Shown here: in pieces, positions 19,945 through 30,013 of the stretch
Position numbering within the stretch: the first letter of the stretch is position 1
Layout of the letters: each line of letters starts with the position of its first letter
Source: an uncultured Alphaproteobacteria bacterium
GTDB taxonomy: Bacteria; Pseudomonadota; Alphaproteobacteria; Methylaequorales; Methylaequoraceae
Direction of reading: 5' to 3'
NCBI GenBank assembly: GCA_902563305.1
Contig: CACEWP010000001.1
Location: 207,886-271,885 of the forward strand
Length of the DNA stretch: 64,000 nt
The notes under the pieces: generated by a model
Seen by the model: only the letters and a program-made list of their open reading frames with translations
The model's database searches: none
Told to the model about the DNA's origin: nothing
Made by a program: the position numbers and the translations under genes

Positions 19945-21648
19945 TTATGCTGATATTTCATTTTTTTTCTGTTTCTTTAATAGAACATATTGTTGCGCAA
20001 TGGAAAGAATATTATTTATTGTCCAATAAACCACCATGCCAGATGGAAAAGTTGCTAATAAAAAAGTAAAAATAAATGGTAGCATCATAAAAATTTTTGC
20101 TTGAATTGGATCTGGAGGTGGAGGATTAATTTTTTGTTGTAAATACATTGTTAATCCCATTAATAATGGCCATATGCCGATCGTCAAAAATAATGGAGGA
20201 TCCCAGGGAATTAAACCAAAAAGATTAAACATGCTTGTAGGGTCAGGTGCAGATAAATCTTTGATCCACCCAAAGAATGGAGCATGTCTCATTTCTATGG
20301 ATACAAATAAAACTTTATATAAGGCAAAAAAGATTGGGATTTGAATTAATATAGGTAAACAACCTGATGCGGGGTTAATTTTTTTTTCTTTATACATTGC
20401 AAACATTTCTTGATTCATTTTAGCTTTGTCATCCTTATATCTCTCTCTTAACCTTTGTATTTCGGGTGTCAGAATTCTCATGGCATTCATTGATTTAAAT
20501 GACTTGTTTGCAAGAGGGAAGAGAACTATTCGTATACAAATTGTAAGAATGATAATTCCAATCCCAAAGTTACCTGCTAGCCCAGAAAGAAAATGTAAGG
20601 CATAAAAAAGTGGTTTGGTAAGAAAATAAAACCAACCAAAATCTACAGACAAATCTAGTTTGTTTATCTTAAGAGTGTCAATATATTCATCTATCAATGG
20701 TACCTCTTTAGCACCAGCGAATATATAGGACTTTATTTTTAAACTTTCATTATTAGGAAGTGATTTAATTGAGTCATTTATAAAATCTATTTGGATAGAA
20801 TTACGATCTTTTTTGAGATTTTTAAACCTTGCCTTGAATGGTTGGTCATTTTCTGGAAAAATTGCCACCTGCCAGTAATGATCTGTATATCCTATCCAAC
20901 CATTCTTAGTTATTTCTACAATTTCATTTTCCTCCTCTATTTCGTCGTATGAAACTTCTTTCAATGTATCATTGAATACTCCAAGAGGACCTTCGTGAAG
21001 AATAAAAAATTTATTTTGCGGTCTATAGTTTTTTCTCCTTAAATAAGAAAAATTAGTAAGTTCGATAGTTTTTCCAGATTTATTTATAACCTCATCTTCA
21101 ACTGAAATCATGAAGTTGTCATCAATATTAATGTTTCTTTTAAACTCAAGGCCAGATTCATTTCTCCAAGTTAGATTAATTTCTTCATCTGAATTAAAAC
21201 TTTTTTTTGGTGCACGCCACAAAGAGTCTTTCCCAGGCATTGATATTGATCTATCAGTGGAAGCCCAACCAAGTCTGAGAAAGTAGGGTTTTTCAGATTT
21301 AACACTGGAAAGGATCTGAATGTTTTCTTTTTTTTCTATTGTTTTAAAGTAATCTTTCAAAAATAGATCATCAAAAGTAGCTCCGTATAAATTAATTGAG
21401 CCTTGCAGCCGTTTAGAATCAAATTTTATTCTTTTTTCTTTAAACTCAGATTTAACTTCAGTTTTTTTAGTATTTAATATTGGAAGATCTTTATCTAATT
21501 TCTGAAACTCGACATCATTGTTTTGTAATTCGATTTGCTGTTGATTTTGGACCTGGGTTTTTGGGTTGAAGAAGGCGTCATATCCAATTAAGACGACTAA
21601 AGAAAATACAACAGCTAACAATAAGTTTTTTTGATTATCCATGAGCAA
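19945..21648 (-). CDS. yidC: Membrane protein insertase YidC
   Basis: 567 aa with an N-terminal TM helix, a large periplasmic domain and a conserved C-terminal 5-TM core (NFGIGIIILT, PLANKS, GCLPILIQIPIFFALY). It lies downstream of rnpA. Confidence 0.95.
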   Translation of the reverse strand: MLMDNQKNLLLAVVFSLVVLIGYDAFFNPKTQVQNQQQIELQNNDVEFQKLDKDLPILNTKKTEVKSEFKEKRIKFDSKRLQGSINLYGATFDDLFLKDYFKTIEKKENIQILSSVKSEKPYFLRLGWASTDRSISMPGKDSLWRAPKKSFNSDEEINLTWRNESGLEFKRNINIDDNFMISVEDEVINKSGKTIELTNFSYLRRKNYRPQNKFFILHEGPLGVFNDTLKEVSYDEIEEENEIVEITKNGWIGYTDHYWQVAIFPENDQPFKARFKNLKKDRNSIQIDFINDSIKSLPNNESLKIKSYIFAGAKEVPLIDEYIDTLKINKLDLSVDFGWFYFLTKPLFYALHFLSGLAGNFGIGIIILTICIRIVLFPLANKSFKSMNAMRILTPEIQRLRERYKDDKAKMNQEMFAMYKEKKINPASGCLPILIQIPIFFALYKVLFVSIEMRHAPFFGWIKDLSAPDPTSMFNLFGLIPWDPPLFLTIGIWPLLMGLTMYLQQKINPPPPDPIQAKIFMMLPFIFTFLLATFPSGMVVYWTINNILSIAQQYVLLKKQKKNEISA

Positions 21649-21689
21649 AAATAATATTAATATATGATAGTAGTTTATATTTCAATATA

Positions 21690-22022
21690 TTAAATTACTA
21701 AATCTTTAAGAATATTAACTAAATCATGCTCTAAGATTTGAAATTTTTTTTTTTCAATGCCTTTTTTTGGTATGATTTCGATATTCAGGTTATTTGGTAT
21801 TATTTGTAAGTTTTTTCTTACTATTTCTCTTAGAATTCTCTTTAAATAGTTTCTAACTACTGAACCGCCAATCTTTTTTGAAACAGTAAGTCCGAAACTA
21901 GAATAATCATTTTTAGAAATATTATAGTTTACTATAAAATATTTTCCGTAGATTGTTTTACCAACCTTTCTAACATCCAAAAATTGTGATCTTTTTTTTA
22001 AGCTAGAGAATTTATTAAGCAG
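21690..22022 (-). CDS. rnpA: Ribonuclease P protein component
   Basis: It is basic and has the RnpA motifs LKKRSQF and [14 protein letters not shown]. The track ORF extends to 22103 but that part overlaps rpmH in another frame. The true start is probably a non-ATG codon near 22022 (CTG), so the 5' end is uncertain. Confidence 0.75.
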   Translation of the reverse strand: MLNKFSSLKKRSQFLDVRKVGKTIYGKYFIVNYNISKNDYSSFGLTVSKKIGGSVVRNYLKRILREIVRKNLQIIPNNLNIEIIPKKGIEKKKFQILEHDLVNILKDLVI

Positions 22023-22149
22023 AGAGTTTTTTTCTGCCTTTTTGTCTTCTTCTTGTAAGCACTTTTTTCCCACCGGGGGAAGACATTCTTGATCTAAAGC
22101 CATGTCTGTTTTTCCTGACTCTATTACTTGGTTGAAATGTTCTTTTCAT
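22015..22149 (-). CDS. rpmH: 50S ribosomal protein L34 (too short for the ORF track)
   Basis: My own translation of the minus strand gives [44 protein letters not shown] followed by a stop. This is a near-consensus L34 directly upstream of rnpA. Confidence 0.9.
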   Translation of the reverse strand: MKRTFQPSNRVRKNRHGFRSRMSSPGGKKVLTRRRQKGRKKLSA

Positions 22150-22204
22150 AATTTAACTCTACAATACTTAATATAGTACAAAATTGTTTTTGTAAATTTA
22201 TTTA

Positions 22205-23875
22205 TTAATTTCCTCTAACAGTTCCATCTCTTCTTGAGTCCGCTGCTGCTATATATCCATCATCACTTTTTATGATTATTACAATACCACTCGTCAAATT
22301 TCTTTTTAAACCTTTGGTGCTTATTTCATTATTTAATAAATCATCTTCAACAAATATATTTCCTTTGATTTTTATATAATTTGGCTTCTCAATTGCTTTT
22401 TCAATACTTTCATTCATATAAAGAACAGCTATTAAACATTTAAAAACATAAGAAATTATGGCTTTTCCTCCGGGTGAACCCAACGTTAAAAAAAAATCAT
22501 CATTTTTGTCAAACACAATAATTGGTGACATTGAGCTTAATGGTCTTTTTCCCGGTTGTGGACGATTTTTTATTTTATTTCCAAATTTATCAATATTATT
22601 AAATGAAAAATCAGTTAATTGATTATTTAAGAAAAACCCGTTTGTAAAAAGTCTTGAACCAAATGAACTTTCAATACTTGAGGTTAAAGATAAAACATTA
22701 TTATATTTGTCAATCAAACTGAAATGCGATGTAGAACTCGTTATTTCTGAAAAATTATTGATGAAACTTCTATTTTTAGAATTTTTAGATTGTTCGAAAT
22801 TTTTCACAAGGTAATCTTTATTTAGAAGTTTAGTAATATCAATTTTTACAAATTTTGGGTCCGCTAATTCAATGTCTCTTAAGGAGTATACGAAATTTAA
22901 AATTTCTAACGTATCTTCTAAATCAGGAATTTCTTTCTTTTCTTTTAAGTATTCAAATAATATAAGTGCCTGAACAATACTTATAGTTCCAGATGTTGGT
23001 AAATTAGGTCCGCAAACTTTAAACTTAATTTTTAGTTCATAACATAATGCAGGGTTTTTTTCAGGCTTATAGCTAATCAAGTCTTCAAGCTCTAGTTTCC
23101 CAGGATTTTTAGATTTTTGTACCACCGAAACAATATCACTTGCTATTCTTTTCCTATAAAAAATTGAAACATCTTTGGAAATATCATTTAGAGTCCGAGT
23201 ATAGTCCTTGTTAATAAATTTTTTTTCAGGATTTTTCTTTACTCTTGCGAATATTGAATCAGGGTAAATTGAAAATAAAAAACGCTCCTTTTTTAATGCA
23301 TTTAAAAGTCTTTTTGGTGGAATAAATCCATCCATAGATAGTTCTAATACAGGTTTAATAACTTCATCCCATTCGAGTATCCCATAAAGTTTATGAAATA
23401 AGTAAAGGGTTTTTAAAGTAGACGGAACACCAACTGATGATCCACCGACGACTGCATCAAAAAATTTTTTGGGTTTGCCGTTTTTCAAAAAAACATTTTC
23501 TCTTAAGCCATTCGGCGCTTTTTCTCTTCCCTCTATACTAATTATTTCATTGGTTTTTTTATCGTAGTAGGTTAGGAATAGCCCTCCTCCTAAACCTGAT
23601 GATTGCGGTTCTACTAAACCTAATGTCAGTTGGATTGCGACAGCTGCATCAGCAACTGAGCCACCTTTACTAAGTATGTCATAACCGACTTTTGTAGAAT
23701 AATCATTGGCAGTTGCAACAGTAAAGTTTTTAAAAAAACCCAATTTTAACTTTTTACCTAAATCCTTTCCCGAGGATTTTTCTGGTTGGATAGATTGATA
23801 AATATCATTACAATATAGATTACTAGGTATATTTAAAATAAAAAAAATAAGGAAAAAAAATATTTTTTTTTTCAT
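22205..23875 (-). CDS. ggt: Gamma-glutamyltranspeptidase
   Basis: 556 aa with a signal peptide. The autoprocessing and catalytic region TSHFSLIDKYNN is present (Thr nucleophile context), and the C-terminal GAADSRRDG motif is typical of GGT. Confidence 0.9.
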   Translation of the reverse strand: MKKKIFFFLIFFILNIPSNLYCNDIYQSIQPEKSSGKDLGKKLKLGFFKNFTVATANDYSTKVGYDILSKGGSVADAAVAIQLTLGLVEPQSSGLGGGLFLTYYDKKTNEIISIEGREKAPNGLRENVFLKNGKPKKFFDAVVGGSSVGVPSTLKTLYLFHKLYGILEWDEVIKPVLELSMDGFIPPKRLLNALKKERFLFSIYPDSIFARVKKNPEKKFINKDYTRTLNDISKDVSIFYRKRIASDIVSVVQKSKNPGKLELEDLISYKPEKNPALCYELKIKFKVCGPNLPTSGTISIVQALILFEYLKEKKEIPDLEDTLEILNFVYSLRDIELADPKFVKIDITKLLNKDYLVKNFEQSKNSKNRSFINNFSEITSSTSHFSLIDKYNNVLSLTSSIESSFGSRLFTNGFFLNNQLTDFSFNNIDKFGNKIKNRPQPGKRPLSSMSPIIVFDKNDDFFLTLGSPGGKAIISYVFKCLIAVLYMNESIEKAIEKPNYIKIKGNIFVEDDLLNNEISTKGLKRNLTSGIVIIIKSDDGYIAAADSRRDGTVRGN

Positions 23876-23932
23876 AAATCAAAGTATAAATTATTTTTAC
23901 TTTCATTAAACATAATTATTAGTAGGTGTGTT

Positions 23933-24718
23933 TTGAAGATTTTAAAAAGAAGAAACTCTATTAAGAATATCTTTTCTAAATCAAAAATAGTTTGTTTAAC
24001 AGCTTATACTGCTCCAATTGCAAAAGTTGCCGATGAATATGCAGATATCATCCTTGTTGGAGATTCTGTAGGCCCTGTTTTATATGGATATAAAACAACT
24101 AGAGATGTTGATCTAGATACTATGATTAGGCATGCAAAATCAGTAGTTAAAAACACAAAAACTGCACTTATTGTCGTCGATATGCCATTTGGTACATACG
24201 AAAAATCAAAATTTGATGCATTAAAGAATGCAAAAAAGATTATTTCTTCAAGCGGGGCTATGGCAGTTAAATTAGAAGGTGGAGAGAAAATTTTCGAGAC
24301 AATTAAATTTTTAACAAAAAATAAAATTAAAGTTATGGGGCATTTAGGGATGCTTCCTCAATCGATGAGGGGTAAACCAAGGGTTTATGGAAGAAATTTA
24401 AAAGAAAAAGAACAATTGTTTAAAGACTTATCATTATTGAAGAAAGCTGGCGTTTTCTCGGTTGTCATTGAATGTACTCTGAAAAAACTCGTTGATGATT
24501 TAATTGAAAAAACTGATTTACCATTGATAGGTATTGGTGCGTCTTCTAAATGCGTGGGTCAAATACTTGTTACTGAAGATATTCTTGGTATGACTGAATT
24601 TAATTCAAAATTTTCTAAACAATATTTTAAATTTTATAAGAGTGCAAAAATAGCTATAAAGAAATTTGCAGAGGATGTAAGAAGTAAAAAATATCCAAAG
24701 AAAAATCAATGTTACTAA
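23933..24718 (+). CDS. panB: 3-methyl-2-oxobutanoate hydroxymethyltransferase
   Basis: 261 aa with LTAYT, LVGDS, DMPF, KLEGG and HLG(L/M)PQS motifs. It has a TTG start and is followed by panC. Confidence 0.9.
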   Translation: MKILKRRNSIKNIFSKSKIVCLTAYTAPIAKVADEYADIILVGDSVGPVLYGYKTTRDVDLDTMIRHAKSVVKNTKTALIVVDMPFGTYEKSKFDALKNAKKIISSSGAMAVKLEGGEKIFETIKFLTKNKIKVMGHLGMLPQSMRGKPRVYGRNLKEKEQLFKDLSLLKKAGVFSVVIECTLKKLVDDLIEKTDLPLIGIGASSKCVGQILVTEDILGMTEFNSKFSKQYFKFYKSAKIAIKKFAEDVRSKKYPKKNQCY

Positions 24719-25569
24719 TACGTAAGTCAGAAAAGTTATCTGCAGAAATTAACTTTTTAAAGCAACAAGACAAAAAGATTATTTTCGTTCCAACCATGGG
24801 AAATTTACACGCTGGTCATAAAAGTTTATTCAAGAAACATAAAGAGCATATATATCTGGCCAGTATTTTTGTAAATCCACTGCAATTTAATGATATAGAT
24901 GATTTTAAAAACTATCCAAGAACCATTCAAAAAGATATTGAAATTTTAGATAAGCAAAATGTCGATATTTTATATATGCCATACAAAAATTTTTTAAATC
25001 AGAAGCCTCATTATAATATAGGCAAAATTTCAAGAAAATTATGTGGTAAGGATAGAAAAGGTCATTTTGAGGGCGTTGCTGTTGTTATTATTAAATTTTT
25101 AAGATTAATTAATCCTGATTATATTTTACTAGGTGAAAAAGATTATCAGCAAGCGTTAATAATTAAAAAAATTATTAAAGATTTTAACTTTAAAACTAAG
25201 GCTAAAATATTTCCTACTGTTAGAGATAAAAATGATGTTGCTCTTTCCTCGAGAAATCAGTTGCTTAAAAAAAACTTTTTTTTAGCTAAACATCTTCCCA
25301 AAGTCTTAAAGCAAATTATGAGAGAAATAAAAAAAGGTGAATTTAATTTAATCAGAATTGATCATTTCAAGAAACTTTTAAAGAGTAAGGGTATTGAAAA
25401 AGTCTTTTATTTAAAAATTTTGAAAGAAATTAGTTTGGATGAACTTGACGAAAAGCCAGCACTATGCAGAGTTTTTATATCAGCATCTATTAATGGAATA
25501 AGACTGATTGACAACATGCCAATCGATAGAAGGATAAAGCTTGTTGACGGAAATATAATTTGTAAGTGA
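24709..25569 (+). CDS. panC: Pantoate--beta-alanine ligase
   Basis: 286 aa with PTMGNLHAGH (HIGH-like), FVNPLQF and SSRN motifs. Confidence 0.9.
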   Translation: MLLIRKSEKLSAEINFLKQQDKKIIFVPTMGNLHAGHKSLFKKHKEHIYLASIFVNPLQFNDIDDFKNYPRTIQKDIEILDKQNVDILYMPYKNFLNQKPHYNIGKISRKLCGKDRKGHFEGVAVVIIKFLRLINPDYILLGEKDYQQALIIKKIIKDFNFKTKAKIFPTVRDKNDVALSSRNQLLKKNFFLAKHLPKVLKQIMREIKKGEFNLIRIDHFKKLLKSKGIEKVFYLKILKEISLDELDEKPALCRVFISASINGIRLIDNMPIDRRIKLVDGNIICK

Positions 25570-25570
25570 T

Positions 25571-26740
25571 TTAATTTTTTAGATAAATGTGAACTTCTTC
25601 TGCCTGTGCGGATGAACTTGTTGATGAAGCTATTGAGAGTCTCTCTGTGGGAACTCCCATTTCTACTATTTTTGAAAAAACTTCTGAGGCACGATCCCTT
25701 GCTTGATCTGCATAGCTTGAACCGCCGGCTGGACTAACTGCAACAACTTCAAACCCCGCCGAAGGCATTTGTTCTAATGCACCTGATATCGATTCAAACA
25801 ATGCAGTTGAATAATCAAAATTTGAATCATCAAATTTAATTACTAGGATTGCATTGTCATAATTGATAGGAGCAACTTTAACTTGCTTGGGAGTTGATGG
25901 GGACTCGGATTGTTGAGCATTTGTGGTGCTCGTTTTTGTTGGGGGAGTGCTAACAGTTCCTCCAAACTTACCAACTTCAACATCTTCGGCTAATTGCTTC
26001 ATATACTGTCTTTCGTCATTGAGAATTTTAATTTCCCTAGTAATTTTTTCCTCTAATTCAGTCATCAATCTGTCATAAAGAACTGAGGTTCTTTGAACGT
26101 CATCTTTTAAAACCTTTAGTTGATTGTGGTCCTCATCGATCGCACCTGAAATAAAGAAGCTTGAGTCAATTGCATTTTTCAAATGACCAATAAGAGCAGC
26201 ATCTGCAGTTACTCTGTTGTTAACAATTTGTAAATTATTAACATTATTTTGAATATCCTCTAGAGCTCTTTGCGCATCATTCCATTGTCCAACTAATATT
26301 GGATTACCTGGGGTTGTGCCGATTTGAAGTCTAGATCTAATCGCACTTGACAAACCTTGATAAACTGAAGTCTGTTCATCGACTAAATCTTTAAATCTTA
26401 AAAAGTCATTGTTATGAGACGAAATAGCATTCTGTATGCTAGTAAGATCGGCTCTGAATTGATTTATTTTTCCGCCTACAAAAGTTCCAGTTGGCCCTGT
26501 ATCGTTTACTACTTGGGCTTGAGCCATGGCAGGTGGAGGTGCATATTGAGAAGGAGGTATTTCTTGAGCATTAGTTTGCTGACTAAATTCGTCAACCGCT
26601 GCGGGAACTTCTTCTAGTGCAGGTGGTGCTGCAACTTCCTCATCAGATAATGACGGAAAAACGTATTCTTGGACACCAGTGCAAGAATAGGATGTGAAGA
26701 TAAAAGCAAATGCAAGAAAGTTAAAATATTTTTTTATCAT
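25571..26740 (-). CDS. Exported (probable lipo-)protein with a Pro/Ala/Gln-rich linker, coiled coil and degenerate OmpA-like C-terminal domain
   Basis: It has a signal peptide ending ...SYSC, then low-complexity AAPPALEEVPAAVDE...APPPAMAQAQ, a long heptad-like central region, and a C-terminus (FEVVAVSPAGGSSYADQARDRASEVFSKIVEMGVPTERL) that follows the OmpA_C pattern. I recognise no closer family. Confidence 0.5.
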   Translation of the reverse strand: MIKKYFNFLAFAFIFTSYSCTGVQEYVFPSLSDEEVAAPPALEEVPAAVDEFSQQTNAQEIPPSQYAPPPAMAQAQVVNDTGPTGTFVGGKINQFRADLTSIQNAISSHNNDFLRFKDLVDEQTSVYQGLSSAIRSRLQIGTTPGNPILVGQWNDAQRALEDIQNNVNNLQIVNNRVTADAALIGHLKNAIDSSFFISGAIDEDHNQLKVLKDDVQRTSVLYDRLMTELEEKITREIKILNDERQYMKQLAEDVEVGKFGGTVSTPPTKTSTTNAQQSESPSTPKQVKVAPINYDNAILVIKFDDSNFDYSTALFESISGALEQMPSAGFEVVAVSPAGGSSYADQARDRASEVFSKIVEMGVPTERLSIASSTSSSAQAEEVHIYLKN

Positions 26741-26900
26741 TTTATATATACGCGTAATTAATAGTTGTTAACATTAGTTCGATTTATAATTTATAGCCTA
26801 TAAATTTTTATAAATAAACAAAAAAAAATTTTATTAAATTATATTTTAAAAGAATTAAAAGTTATAAGTTAATTTAATTTTGTATAGAATTAAAAACTTT

Positions 26901-26977
26901 GTGCCCGTAGCTTAACTGGATAGAGCATCTGACTACGAATCAGAAGGTTGGGAGTTCGACTCTCTCCGGGCACGCCA
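26901..26977 (+). tRNA. tRNA-Arg (anticodon ACG), CCA encoded
   Basis: A manual cloverleaf works. Acceptor stem GTGCCCG/CGGGCAC, D arm GCTT..GAGC, anticodon stem TCTGA/TCAGA with loop CTACGAA, T arm GGGAG-TTCGACT-CTCTC, discriminator G, then CCA. Confidence 0.95.
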
Positions 26978-26991
26978 AAAAAAAAAAAAGA

Positions 26992-27047
26992 AACATTAAC
27001 TACTATAGGTTGACATTTTTTTAACATTAATTACTATATGTTGTATT
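26992..27047 (+). promoter_or_regulatory. Two tandem operator-like repeats upstream of nrdA (probable NrdR boxes)
   Basis: AACATTAACTACTATAGGTTGACAT (26992-27016) and AACATTAATTACTATATGTTGTATT (27023-27047) are near-identical direct repeats 31 bp apart, which is three helical turns. The ACTATA(T/G)GTTG core resembles the NrdR box, and tandem NrdR boxes with this spacing are typical upstream of nrd operons. Confidence 0.5.
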
Positions 27048-27075
27048 CGTAAATCTTTAGGGTAGGAAATTTTTG

Positions 27076-28938
27076 ATGAAACAAACAAATGTGAATGTAC
27101 TTAATCTAGAGGAAGAAAAACTAGATGAGAAAAAAATAAAGCATAACCCCAAGAGGGTTTCAACAGATGATACAAGAAACAGATTCTTAACTGATTTTGG
27201 AAAAGCTACACTTGAGGATAGATATCTGCTTCCTGGTGAAAAATTCCAAGAAATGTTTATGAGAGTTGCTCAGTCGTACAGTGACGATGAAGCTCATGCT
27301 CAAAGAATATATAATTATATTTCAAAATTATGGTTTATGCCCGCCACACCAATATTATCAAATGGCGGGGCGAAAAGAGGACTTCCAATCTCGTGTTTTT
27401 TAAATACAGTGCACGATAGTCTCGATGGTATTCTGTCAACGTGGGGAGAAAACGTTTGGCTTGCTTCTAATGGTGGTGGAATAGGAACATATTGGGGAGA
27501 AGTGAGGTCAATTGGTGAAACAGTTAAAAAATCCGGACAAACATCAGGAATTATCCCATTTGTAAGAGTCATGGACTCGCTTACTTTAGCAATTTCTCAA
27601 GGTTCTTTGAGAAGGGGCTCTGCGGCGTGTTACCTTGATATTCATCATCCAGAAATAGAAGAATTTCTAGAGATAAGAAAACCATCAGGAGATTTTAATA
27701 GAAAGAGTTTAAATCTTCACCACGGTATAAATATTACTGATGAATTTATGGAATGTGTTAAGCATAACAAAGAATTTTGTTTAAAAAGTCCCAAAACCAA
27801 AGAAACTCTTAGAAAAGTTAATGCAAGAGAATTATGGCAAAAAATTTTGGAGACAAGAATGCAAACAGGTGAACCATATTTGGTTTTCATGGATACCGTC
27901 AATAAAAATATGGCAAATCATCAAAGAAAATTAGGTATGAAAGTAAGAACGTCTAATCTATGCAGTGAAATAATGTTACATACTGGTCTAGATCATCATG
28001 GTAAAGACAGAACTGCAGTATGTTGTTTGTCATCAGTAAATCTTGAAAAATGGGATGAGTGGTCTGAAGAGACACAGTTTATTGAAGATATTATGAGATT
28101 TTTAGACAATGTACTTGAAGATTTCATTACAAATGCACCTGAGTCAATGAAAAATGCTGTATACTCTGCTAAAATGGAGAGATCCGTTGGTTTGGGAGCA
28201 ATGGGCTTTCACAGTTTCCTCCAAAAAAAAGGGATTCCATTCGAGAGTGCTCTTGCAAAAAGTTGGAATGCAAAATTTTTCAAACATTTGAAGAAAGAGG
28301 CAGATAAAGCATCATTAATTTTAGCCATGGAAAAAGGCCCATGTCCGGACGCGGCTGAAAACGGTGTAAAAGCAAGGTTTAGTCATAAGTTAGCTATAGC
28401 TCCTACTGCTTCAATAAGCATAATTTGTGGTGGAACAAGTGCATGCGTAGAGCCTATCCCTGCAAATATATACACACACAAAACATTATCTGGATCTTTT
28501 ACAGTTAAAAATAAATATCTTGAAAACTTACTCGAGTCAAAAGGTCTCAATAACGATAAAACTTGGCAGAGTATATTGGAGAATGATGGCTCAATAACTC
28601 ATTTAGAGGAACTAAGCGAAAACGAAAAATCTGTATTTAAGACGGCATTCGAAATTGATCAAAGGTGGATAGTTGAGATGGCAGCTGATAGAACTCCTTA
28701 TATTTGTCAAAGTCAGTCAATTAATCTTTATTTATCAGCAGACATTGATAAATGGGATCTTATGATGTTACACTGGAAAGCATGGGAATTAGGTGTTAAG
28801 AGTTTATATTATTGTAGATCAAAGTCTATTCAAAGAGCAAGTTATGCTGGAGTTGAGGCAGATAATACCAAGCAATGGCCTTCAAAAAAAATAGTTGAAG
28901 AAAAAACTGACTATGAAGAATGTTTATCATGTCAATAA
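27076..28938 (+). CDS. nrdA: Ribonucleoside-diphosphate reductase alpha subunit (class I, short form with no obvious N-terminal ATP-cone)
   Basis: About 620 aa. It has the catalytic-site region NLCSEI, the LPISCFL motif and a C-terminal redox tail CLSCQ. It is followed by nrdB. ATG at 27076 is preferred over the TTG at 27073. Confidence 0.9.
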   Translation: MKQTNVNVLNLEEEKLDEKKIKHNPKRVSTDDTRNRFLTDFGKATLEDRYLLPGEKFQEMFMRVAQSYSDDEAHAQRIYNYISKLWFMPATPILSNGGAKRGLPISCFLNTVHDSLDGILSTWGENVWLASNGGGIGTYWGEVRSIGETVKKSGQTSGIIPFVRVMDSLTLAISQGSLRRGSAACYLDIHHPEIEEFLEIRKPSGDFNRKSLNLHHGINITDEFMECVKHNKEFCLKSPKTKETLRKVNARELWQKILETRMQTGEPYLVFMDTVNKNMANHQRKLGMKVRTSNLCSEIMLHTGLDHHGKDRTAVCCLSSVNLEKWDEWSEETQFIEDIMRFLDNVLEDFITNAPESMKNAVYSAKMERSVGLGAMGFHSFLQKKGIPFESALAKSWNAKFFKHLKKEADKASLILAMEKGPCPDAAENGVKARFSHKLAIAPTASISIICGGTSACVEPIPANIYTHKTLSGSFTVKNKYLENLLESKGLNNDKTWQSILENDGSITHLEELSENEKSVFKTAFEIDQRWIVEMAADRTPYICQSQSINLYLSADIDKWDLMMLHWKAWELGVKSLYYCRSKSIQRASYAGVEADNTKQWPSKKIVEEKTDYEECLSCQ

Positions 28939-28967
28939 ATTTAAATAAAATATAAAGGAGAAAAAAA

Positions 28968-30005
28968 ATGGATGGAATAGAAGATAAAATTGTAGCGAAG
29001 AAACAACCAGGTTTATTAACCTCCTCACACTCTTATAAACCATTTAGATATCCATGGGCTTATGATTTTTGGAAAAGACAACAGCAGGTTCATTGGATGC
29101 CAGAGGAGGTTCCATTAGGAGAAGATTGTAAAGATTGGGTTACTAAATTGAATGATAATGAAAGAAACCTTTTAACACAAATTTTCAGATTTTTTACACA
29201 GTCAGATGTTGAGGTAAATGACAATTATATGGAAAGATATTCTCAAGTTTTTAAACCTACAGAGGTTAAAATGATGATGTCTGCTTTTTCTAATATAGAA
29301 ACAGTCCACATAGCTGCATATGCTCTTCTATTAGAAACAATTGGAATGCCTGATACAGAATTTTCCGCTTTTCTTAAATACAAAGAGATGGCAGATAAAC
29401 ATGACTACATGCAACAATTTACTGTTGACTCAAACCACGAAATTGCAAAGACTGTTGCAATGTTTGGAGGTTTCACAGAAGGCTTACAACTTTTTGCAAG
29501 TTTCGCAATGTTACTGAATTTTCCAAGACATAATAAAATGAGAGGTATGGGTCAAATTGTTACATGGTCCGTGAGAGACGAATCACTTCATTGTGAAGGA
29601 ATGGTTAAACTTTTTCATGAATTTGTCAGGGAAACTAAGTGTATGACAAAAAAACTTAGAACTGAGATAATCGAATGTTGCGAGAAAGTAGTTGAATTAG
29701 AAGACAATTTCATTGATCTTGCATTTGAAATGGGTCCTGTTGAAGGTATGGAACCTAAAGATATAAAAAATTATATAAGGTATATAGCAGACTGGAGATT
29801 AAAACAATTAAGCTTGGACCCTATGTTTGGAATCAAGGAGCATCCACTTCCTTGGTTGACAGAAATATTAAATGGAGTCGAACATGCAAACTTCTTCGAA
29901 GCAAGAGCAACCGAATACTCTAAGGTAGCTACCTCTGGAAACTGGGACGGTAAAGAGGGAGTTTGGTCTACGTTTGACAATAAGTTGAAAAGTTTTGGCT
30001 CTTAG
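28968..30005 (+). CDS. nrdB: Ribonucleoside-diphosphate reductase beta subunit (di-iron/tyrosyl radical type)
   Basis: The metal ligands and radical Tyr are readable: QSDVEV (Asp), IETVHIAAY (Glu-x-x-His and Tyr at +4), and VRDESLH (Glu-x-x-His). Confidence 0.9.
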   Translation: MDGIEDKIVAKKQPGLLTSSHSYKPFRYPWAYDFWKRQQQVHWMPEEVPLGEDCKDWVTKLNDNERNLLTQIFRFFTQSDVEVNDNYMERYSQVFKPTEVKMMMSAFSNIETVHIAAYALLLETIGMPDTEFSAFLKYKEMADKHDYMQQFTVDSNHEIAKTVAMFGGFTEGLQLFASFAMLLNFPRHNKMRGMGQIVTWSVRDESLHCEGMVKLFHEFVRETKCMTKKLRTEIIECCEKVVELEDNFIDLAFEMGPVEGMEPKDIKNYIRYIADWRLKQLSLDPMFGIKEHPLPWLTEILNGVEHANFFEARATEYSKVATSGNWDGKEGVWSTFDNKLKSFGS

Positions 30006-30013
30006 CTTACTTT

